Origin: Eledone cirrhosa
Taxonomy: Eukaryota
Reading direction: 5' to 3'
NCBI GenBank assembly: GCA_964016885.1
Contig: OZ024748.1
Location: forward strand, 11,780,001-11,844,000
DNA length: 64,000 nt
The notes under the pieces are model-generated. The model had not been told where the DNA came from, searched no databases, and saw only the letters and a program-made list of their open reading frames with translations. The stretch's first letter is position 1. Every line of letters starts with the position of its first letter. The position numbers and the translations under genes are program-made. Below are positions 58,101 to 64,000 of the stretch, piece by piece.

Positions 58101-61100
58101 GCATCACATGGCCCAGGAATCAAACTCACAACTGCAAGCCCAACATCTAGCCACTAAGACATGTGCCTTCACACAGGTTTTAACAGATTGTATGTTATAT
58201 AGTAATACAGAAGCCACATAATACAAGGGATGCAGCCTGATGACATCCATCACTTTGATAAAAAATGATGACACTCAAAACAACACAAGCCAAGGTAAAC
58301 TAGGGAAGAAATTAAGTTTGCCACACAGGTAAGTCACAGCAGGATTTGAAGTCAATAATGCAAAGAACTGGATCAAACACTGCAAGGTATCCTACCCAAT
58401 GCTCTAATGACTCCATCAATCCACCACCTAGAGCTAGTACTTTATTTATAAAGTACCTCAGAAGAATGAACTTTATAAATACCTGTCTTTGGAACCAATC
58501 TTGGTAACGTTTATGTTGCCCAAATTTCACCTGAAAAACAAAAACAAATAAAACATTGATGAGTCTTGATAAAAGAAATTATTTGAAATAATTTGTGAGA
58601 AATAGGCATGTGGAAAGTTGAAATAGGTCATGGCAAGATGTAAAATGTAGGCCTCTAAAGCTGATAATAAGTCTAGGCCAGATGCAAGACCCCAAAGCTG
58701 GGAACAGGCCCAGACCAGATGTAAAATGTAGGCCTCTAAAGCTGATAATAGGTCTAGGCCAGATGCAAGACCCCATAGCTGGGAACAGGCCCAGACCAGA
58801 TGTAAAATATAGGCCTCTAAAGCTGATAATAAGTCTAGGCCAGATGCAAGACCCCAAAGCTGGGAACAGGCCCAGACCAGATGTAAAATGTAGGCCTCTA
58901 AAGCTGATAATAAGTCTAGGCCAGATGCAAGACCCCATAGCTGGGAACAGGCCCAGACCAGATGTAAAATATAGGCCTCTAAAGCTGATAATAAGTCTAG
59001 GCCAGATGCAAGACCCCAAAGCTGGGAACAGGCCCAGACCAGATGTAAAATATAGGCCTCTAAAGCTGATAATAGGTCTAGGCCAGATGGAAGACCCCAT
59101 AGCTGGGAACAGGCCCAGACCAGGTGTGAAATATAGCTAGTCAGATACATATATATCATCGTTTAACATCCACCTTCCACGCTAGCATGGGTTAGACGGT
59201 TTTGTTCCATTTGATGTGGGAATGGTCAGGAGACTGTGTCTCGTTCGTACAGAAGTGTCATGATAAAAGCACCCAGTTCACACTGTAAATGTGGTTGGCA
59301 TTATAAAGAGCATCCAGCCATAGAAACAAAGCCAAAATCAGTTCTGTATGAGCAGGACATGGTCATCTGAACTGGTTTGTCTCACAATGGGAGAAATCAT
59401 CTAACCCATGCTAGCATGGAAAATGGACATTAAACAGCGATGATGATGATATATATATATATATATATATACACACGTACGTATTGGGAACACAATGTAC
59501 TTAGAAGAAACAAAACAGTGAAAGAAGTAAATTTTGAGGGGAGTAAGCTCCGAAAATATCATTGGCGCTTGGTAACTAATCCCACCCACACACACTCTCT
59601 CTCTACTGAAGCCTGGTTTTTTTTTTTTTAAATGTGTTTAAGAATTGAATTGAGGGAAAAATTGATATATCACCTTGGTTGTTAAAAACATCAATTTGTT
59701 TTCCATGTCAGGAGTGAGTCGACTCATTAATAAACGCCTGGACGATCGGGCTTGCAACAACTGTACGATACCTACAATATAAATATACATACAATATATA
59801 TAATACATACAATACATATTACTGTACAATATCTACAATATATATATATATATATATACATACAATATATATCACTGTACAATAACTACAATGTATATAT
59901 AATACAATATATATATAACAACGTATAACACTGTACAATATATATATATATATATAAATATAATATATCACTGTACAATGCCTACAATATATATAACATA
60001 TAAACAATATATATATAACTGGAAAATACAAATAATATATATACAATATACATTACTGTACAATACCAACAATAAGGAGCATAATATACAGGATTTCTTA
60101 TGACACACAGGGACTTGTACTTATTCTAAATCAGAAACATACAGAAGCTACCGCAGCAGGGATACTGAGTCTCATAATTATGTTATCAGTAGCAGCAATA
60201 GTAGTAAGTAAAGGAAAAAAAATAGTCAGCTGCTGAGTGAGAAAAAGGTATTGTTTACCTGTAAAATTGGAATTTAATGTAGTTGGGTTGTACATTATGT
60301 CACGCCACAACTTTTCAAATTCTGGAATTCGGGCCACATTCTGCAGTACTCTGGCCAAATCACGTCCTATTATATTAACACAGTCAATAAACTGAAAAAA
60401 TAAAGAAACAAACAGTTTAGAGATATTAAGAGTATAATTAGAGATATTAAGAGTATAATAAAGAAGCAACGAATTGACAGAGTCGTTAGGACAGCGGATA
60501 GAATACTTTGTGGTGTTCGCTTCAACTATCTGAGTTCAAATCCCACTGAGGTCAACTTTGCCTTTCACCTTTTCAAGGTTGATAACTAAAATCCCATTTT
60601 ATCTCTTTCGTTCTCTCGTCCTTCTTTGGAAGAAATCTGCTGTGTTCATGGCTGGAGAGGAGATGGACTCTGACAAGTTTTAAAAATGCCCTAAAAATGC
60701 TGAATGTCAATATGGTACCCCTACAACTCCATCAAGAGGTACAGGTCTATATATGCATAAGTATAAGCAGTGGTGCTGGTGGTATTGATAGTGATGATGA
60801 TGGTGGTGTTGATAGTATTTATGGTGGCGGTGGTGGTGATAGTGATAGTGATGATGATGGTAACCATAATGGTGGTGGTGATGATAATGATGATGGTGAC
60901 AATGATAATTGTTTCTACTTTTGGCACAAGGCCAGCAATTATCCCAGTGCATTACTGGTAGTTTATATTATCGACCCCGTAAGGATGAAAGGCAAAATTA
61001 ACCTCAGCAATGATGGTGATGATGATGATGATGATAGCAGAAAGAAAATAGATTTGTAGCAAAGATTTTATTTTTACCTTATCACGTAATAAGCTGACAC

Positions 61101-63861
61101 AGAATTCCACTTCTCGATTCTTGAGGGTAGAGTAGGCTGGGTTACCATGATCAATGATGATTCGAAGATATGTGTACACACTGGCAGCCATCAGCGTAGG
61201 GAATCTTTCTAACCAAGATCTACAATAAACAACACTCAAACATTTTTTCAAACATTTCTAGAAAGAGCAACATGAAATAATGTCATACTCAAGGAGACAA
61301 TTCATCACCCAGCCCGGGTTATAGTGTTTATATTTATCTAAAAATTTATCATAATTTTATGTAAAAACCTTTTTTGAAGTTAAGTTCCAATCACCAGCTT
61401 AACTATGAGAAAGTTAACCCTTTAACTGACATTAAGGTATTGTTCTCAAAATAAATATCATCATCAAAATCTCGTAGGTTCGATATTATGTGAGATAAAG
61501 CCTTTACCATGAAAATATAATAATAGAGTAATGTAAATGCTAAAGGGTTAAAGAAAGTTTTGTTCACCCTGATAATAGATATGAATACAAAGAAAGAAAT
61601 ATTTTAATCTTACCGATTTTCAGAGAGTAAATCTAACATTTGTTCAGCCAGCCATAAATTCTTTGGGTTAACATCTCCACCTAAAATAGAGAAAAGAAAA
61701 GAAAAAATGGTAAACAAATTGAGAGAATCTATCTTTCGTTATTTTATCTTTATGTTTTTTTTTATTTCTTAATTTTTGTAATTTGACATATTTGATGGCA
61801 TAAGAAACACTTTTTTTAACAAAACAAAAGACTTTTAAAATATCTGGGGTTTTATATGTGAAGTTATGCCGGATAAAGTAAGAGAGAAGAACTGAACTAA
61901 CCTGCTATCTGCCGAATTAATGCAAAACACGTACTGTCTGATCCTGCAACTGCATTCTTTACAAACTCCCTCATCAGCCACAAAATCTAAGAATAAAAGA
62001 ATATGAGAAGAAATAATAATAAACGAAGCGTTTCTCCCTGTTAATGAAAGGTCAGTTGTATGCTGCATGTGTATATTGCGCGATGCTGCATGGTAGTGAG
62101 ACATGGACAGCAACTGCGGAGGATATGCGAAGGTTGGAGAGAAATGAAGCAAGCATTCTCCGATGGATGTGCAATGACAATGTGCATGAAAGATGAAGTA
62201 TGAACAAGTTGAGGGAGAAACTGTGTATAAGAGGAATAAACTGTAGTGTGCAGGAGAGAAGACTGCGTTGGTATGGCCATGTGATGCACATAGATGATGA
62301 CTGCTGGTCAGGCCAAGTGACCATGACTTGCTCATACTGATCTGTTTTGGGCGTGGTATCTACTGCTGGATGATCCTTACTAACAGCAACTACATTACAA
62401 CATGGATTGGGTGCTGTTTCATCCTGGTACCAGCATGACCACCTAACAGGGTGGACTGGGTGCACTTTTCATCATGGTTCCAGCATGACCACCAAATGGG
62501 GTGGATTGGGAGTATTTTTTTATGGCACCAGCTCGATCACCTAACAAGGTGGACTCGGTGTATTTTTTTATGGCACCAGCTCGATCACCTAACAAGGTGG
62601 ACTCGGTGTATTTTTTTATGGCACCAGCTCGATCACCTAACAAGGTGGACTCGGTGTATTTTTTTATGGCACCAGCTCGATCACCTAACAAGGTGGACTC
62701 GGTGTATTTTTTTATGGCACCAGCTCGATCACCTAACAAGGTGGACTCGGTGTATTTTTTTATGGCACCAGCTCGATCACCTAACAAGGTGGACTCGGTG
62801 TATTTTTTTATGGCACCAGCTCGATCACCTAACAAGGTGGACTCGGTGTATTTTTTTATGGCACCAGCTCGATCACCTAACAAGGTGGACTCGGTGTATT
62901 TTTTTCATGGCACCAGCTCGATCACTTAACAGGATGAACTGGGTGCATTAACAATAATAAACAATTTACCTGTGATTTAACTGGTTGAAGAATTTTTAAC
63001 CATTTGTCATGTATGATTTTACCAAGGAAACCTTGGACAAGCACCATTCCATCTTTACTGACTAACGCCATGTCACGGTACATCTGGAAAAACAAAAGTA
63101 TATTTTTTGATACATATATATGTATATATATATGTGTGTGTGTGTGTGTGTAAAAATGACAACACAAACACAGGGATGAAAAATGCAAAGTCTTATTAGT
63201 ATCACACTTAGAAGGAAGTAGAGGAGGGTTCAGCACGTTGGACATAAGCCCTTCTTCGAGAAATGGAGAGTTCTTCAGAGAGAGGAAAGAAAACGTATTG
63301 GAACATTGGAATTTTGGAAAAAGTTTTTAAGAAAGTGGGGTGGGGGGCGTATGTGTGTGTGTATATATATATATTTAATATATTTATTAAAATTTAGCTC
63401 CGACATAGATGTATACATACAAGTATATGAATTTTATATATCTAAAGATATACGGTATGTTTAATAAATAAACATTTTGAAAGCCTAGCTATGAATATTG
63501 AAAGGCTGACAGCTAGCCGTCTAGCGGATTTCAGCAGAAGCAGCAGAGGACAACTGTCTATATACATTTCAAGCTCTAGCACAGTGCTTCCCCTGCTCTC
63601 AGCTGGAAATTGAAACAGGTGAAAATATAGTTTTTTCGTCTGTGTAAATGGGCTGATTAGCTCCATTTGCATATGGAGCATCATCATCAACATGTATAAC
63701 ACAGATCCATTCAAAGTTAACCTGGAGATATACAACAACAACAACAAAATTATATTTCAAGTAAAAGCCCTGTTTACCTTGGCTGCTATTTTAGGTTCAA
63801 CAAGTATGGCATATAACTGGCCCAGCTGAATTTCCTCATGTTGGTTTGAGCCTTTCCACAC
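37201..63861 (-). CDS. INTS3: Integrator complex subunit 3 (INTS3/SOSS-A), 30 coding exons in window, 5'-incomplete (972 aa)
   Basis: Hand-spliced GT-AG exons give one open frame with motifs I recognise from vertebrate INTS3: [121 protein letters not shown]-terminal [10 protein letters not shown]...DSD*. Confidence 0.97.
37507..37686 (-). mobile_element. SINE family A
   Basis: Near full-length copy abutting the CR1 tail. Confidence 0.9.
37687..38088 (-). mobile_element. CR1-like LINE 3' end with 3' UTR
   Basis: NTRGHAYK...[19 protein letters not shown] is the typical CR1 ORF2 C-terminus; the same UTR recurs at 57370-57490 (+). Confidence 0.85.
39198..39345 (-). CDS. INTS3: INTS3 exon ([11 protein letters not shown]...EASTSE)
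   Basis: AG/GT flanks, 148 nt. Confidence 0.93.
39904..39976 (-). CDS. INTS3: INTS3 exon ([23 protein letters not shown])
   Basis: AG/GT flanks, 73 nt. Confidence 0.91.
40016..40193 (-). mobile_element. SINE family A
   Basis: Near full-length copy. Confidence 0.9.
40608..40699 (-). CDS. INTS3: INTS3 exon ([30 protein letters not shown])
   Basis: AG/GT flanks, 92 nt, QxLxHLD motif. Confidence 0.9.
40765..40938 (+). mobile_element. RTE LINE extreme 3' end with (ATG)n tail
   Basis: [27 protein letters not shown] followed by ggaaaagcggacgtaaaatgatgatga. Confidence 0.8.
41482..41649 (-). CDS. INTS3: INTS3 exon ([13 protein letters not shown]...NSTPKKRQ)
   Basis: AG/GT flanks, 168 nt. Confidence 0.93.
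41790..42185. repeat. ~20-bp minisatellite
   Basis: aatcccatacacacacatgt variants. Confidence 0.9.
42214..42262 (-). CDS. INTS3: INTS3 exon ([15 protein letters not shown])
   Basis: AG/GT flanks, 49 nt. Confidence 0.92.
42440..42759. repeat. long inverted repeat (153/150-bp arms, 17-nt loop)
   Basis: 42440-42592 is the reverse complement of 42610-42759 apart from a 3-nt indel. Confidence 0.95.
43020..43133 (-). CDS. INTS3: INTS3 exon ([23 protein letters not shown]...LEFC)
   Basis: AG/GT flanks, 114 nt. Confidence 0.95.
43290..43460 (+). mobile_element. RTE (Rex3/Expander-like) 3' fragment
   Basis: [24 protein letters not shown]; paralog at 45395-45630 on the minus strand. Confidence 0.7.
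43475..44192. repeat. 42-bp minisatellite, about 17 copies
   Basis: cataggaggccagct(aaaccta/taatcta)(c/g)acaggtgtgacatcatga. Confidence 0.95.
44366..44441 (-). CDS. INTS3: INTS3 exon ([25 protein letters not shown])
   Basis: AG/GT flanks, 76 nt. Confidence 0.94.
44625..44750. repeat. 24-bp minisatellite, about 5 copies
   Basis: caacagtctagtcaatagtatctca. Confidence 0.9.
45162..45230 (-). CDS. INTS3: INTS3 exon ([23 protein letters not shown])
   Basis: AG/GT flanks, 69 nt. Confidence 0.94.
45395..45630 (-). mobile_element. RTE (Rex3/Expander-like) 3' fragment
   Basis: [40 protein letters not shown]. Confidence 0.72.
45696..45755 (-). CDS. INTS3: INTS3 exon ([20 protein letters not shown])
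   Basis: AG/GT flanks, 60 nt. Confidence 0.94.
45825..46203. repeat. ~58-bp SINE-derived minisatellite
   Basis: aaaagcacccagcccacactgtaaagtggtcatgtaggtgtcacaac. Confidence 0.9.
46256..46349 (-). CDS. INTS3: INTS3 exon ([31 protein letters not shown])
   Basis: AG/GT flanks, 94 nt. Confidence 0.92.
46662..47051. repeat. 42-bp minisatellite, about 9 copies
   Basis: gtctgtaatgacacagccaacccttgctagcaggtggagtactga. Confidence 0.95.
47091..47257 (-). mobile_element. SINE family A
   Basis: Near full-length copy. Confidence 0.9.
47377..47496 (-). CDS. INTS3: INTS3 exon (NFCSTAEED...[17 protein letters not shown])
   Basis: AG/GT flanks, 120 nt. Confidence 0.95.
47518..48292. repeat. 21-bp minisatellite, about 37 copies
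   Basis: atcagacatcacagca(tg/gg)gac. Confidence 0.96.
48352..48396 (-). CDS. INTS3: INTS3 exon ([15 protein letters not shown])
   Basis: AG/GT flanks, 45 nt. Confidence 0.93.
   Translation of the reverse strand: MHRRFYRNTAVCDI
48551..48654 (-). CDS. INTS3: INTS3 exon ([15 protein letters not shown]...PQEVDE)
   Basis: AG/GT flanks, 104 nt. Confidence 0.93.
49410..49467 (-). CDS. INTS3: INTS3 exon ([19 protein letters not shown])
   Basis: AG/GT flanks, 58 nt. Confidence 0.92.
49488..50175. repeat. degenerate ~44-bp minisatellite
   Basis: agaagctataatacagaggggctatatatagagggaggtag and ctataatacatgaagggggt variants. Confidence 0.85.
50238..50370 (-). CDS. INTS3: INTS3 exon (GKLVGEAK...[11 protein letters not shown]...ELQNET)
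   Basis: AG/GT flanks, 133 nt, PVDIT motif. Confidence 0.9.
50813..50941 (-). CDS. INTS3: INTS3 exon (IVKEEAS...[12 protein letters not shown])
   Basis: AG/GT flanks, 129 nt, conserved FSDDE motif. Confidence 0.9.
51721..51812 (-). CDS. INTS3: INTS3 exon ([30 protein letters not shown])
   Basis: AG/GT flanks, 92 nt. Confidence 0.95.
52285..52376 (-). CDS. INTS3: INTS3 exon ([30 protein letters not shown])
   Basis: AG/GT flanks, 92 nt. Confidence 0.94.
52460..52912 (+). mobile_element. RTE LINE 3' fragment
   Basis: [35 protein letters not shown]. Confidence 0.87.
53445..53735. repeat. ~50-bp SINE-derived minisatellite
   Basis: gtaggtgccacaacaaaaagcacccagcccacactgtaaagtagtagt. Confidence 0.92.
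53935..54014 (-). CDS. INTS3: INTS3 exon ([27 protein letters not shown])
   Basis: AG/GT flanks, 80 nt. Confidence 0.96.
56277..56364 (-). CDS. INTS3: INTS3 exon ([29 protein letters not shown])
   Basis: AG/GT flanks, 88 nt. Confidence 0.96.
57370..57492 (+). mobile_element. CR1-like 3' UTR fragment
   Basis: ttgatgagttgtagtgcacctgagcactgtac is the reverse complement of 37704-37735. Confidence 0.75.
57623..57766 (-). CDS. INTS3: INTS3 exon ([19 protein letters not shown]...WLLTTCT)
   Basis: AG/GT flanks, 144 nt. Confidence 0.96.
58483..58530 (-). CDS. INTS3: INTS3 exon ([16 protein letters not shown])
   Basis: AG/GT flanks, 48 nt. Confidence 0.95.
58637..59125. repeat. 81-bp tandem repeat x6
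   Basis: gatgtaaaatgtaggcctctaaagctgataataagtctaggccagatgcaagacccc..cccagacca. Confidence 0.96.
59674..59771 (-). CDS. INTS3: INTS3 exon ([33 protein letters not shown])
   Basis: AG/GT flanks, 98 nt. Confidence 0.95.
60259..60391 (-). CDS. INTS3: INTS3 exon ([25 protein letters not shown]...NFT)
   Basis: AG/GT flanks, 133 nt. Confidence 0.95.
61078..61219 (-). CDS. INTS3: INTS3 exon (SWLERFP...[12 protein letters not shown]...FCVSLLRDK)
   Basis: AG/GT flanks, 142 nt. Confidence 0.94.
61418..61547. mobile_element. piggyBac-like MITE
   Basis: TTAA-CCCTTTA...TAAAGGG-TTAA; second copy about 51490-51616; another TTAA-CCTT...AAGG-TTAA element at 56030-56137. Confidence 0.7.
61614..61680 (-). 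CDS. INTS3: INTS3 exon ([23 protein letters not shown])
   Basis: AG/GT flanks, 67 nt. Confidence 0.93.
61902..61986 (-). CDS. INTS3: INTS3 exon ([28 protein letters not shown])
   Basis: AG/GT flanks, 85 nt. Confidence 0.92.
62028..62305 (+). mobile_element. RTE LINE fragment, frameshifted (same family as 52460)
   Basis: [35 protein letters not shown]. Confidence 0.82.
62430..62945. repeat. 48-bp tandem repeat, about 10 copies including degenerate ends
   Basis: atggcaccagctcgatcacctaacaaggtggactcggtgtattttttt. Confidence 0.93.
62970..63083 (-). CDS. INTS3: INTS3 exon ([12 protein letters not shown]...PVKSQ)
   Basis: AG/GT flanks, 114 nt. Confidence 0.94.
63778..63861 (-). CDS. INTS3: INTS3 exon ([28 protein letters not shown])
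   Basis: AG/GT flanks, 84 nt, phase 0/0. Confidence 0.93.
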
Positions 63862-64000
63862 CTGCAAAACAAATAACAAATATGAGAAATCAATAAAATA
63901 GAACTAGTAAGGATACTAAATGCAAATCAATCAACATTTTTGTCATCTGTGTCTTAAATATTGACCTGTGGCCTAAATATTGACTTCTGTGTCCCAAATA

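Noticed and set aside
43475-62945. Regular repeat arrays as possible CRISPR arrays
   Set aside because: Head-to-tail units without unique spacers, eukaryotic context, no cas genes.

Overview
Eukaryotic, AT-rich animal DNA saturated with microsatellites; its SINE repertoire suggests an octopus or other cephalopod (inference). Nearly all ORFs in the six-frame track are microsatellite or minisatellite artefacts. The one clear gene is Integrator complex subunit 3 (INTS3/SOSS-A) on the minus strand. I reconstructed 30 GT-AG coding exons by hand (63861 down to the TAA at 37201-37203; 2919 nt, 972 aa, all phases consistent); its 5' exons lie beyond the window. The rest consists of tRNA-derived SINEs (Meta-like and CORE-like, with swappable tails), LINE fragments (R4/Dong-like, RTE, CR1), small MITEs and many tandem arrays. 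Most notable observations: an RTE copy with twin-priming 5'-inversion geometry, a Dong-like element inside a (TAA)n tract, a ~150-bp-arm intronic hairpin in INTS3, a candidate 3-nt microexon of an unannotated minus-strand gene, decayed hammerhead-like motifs, a double-tailed retro-element, and SINE-seeded minisatellites. I found no convincing novel multi-gene system.
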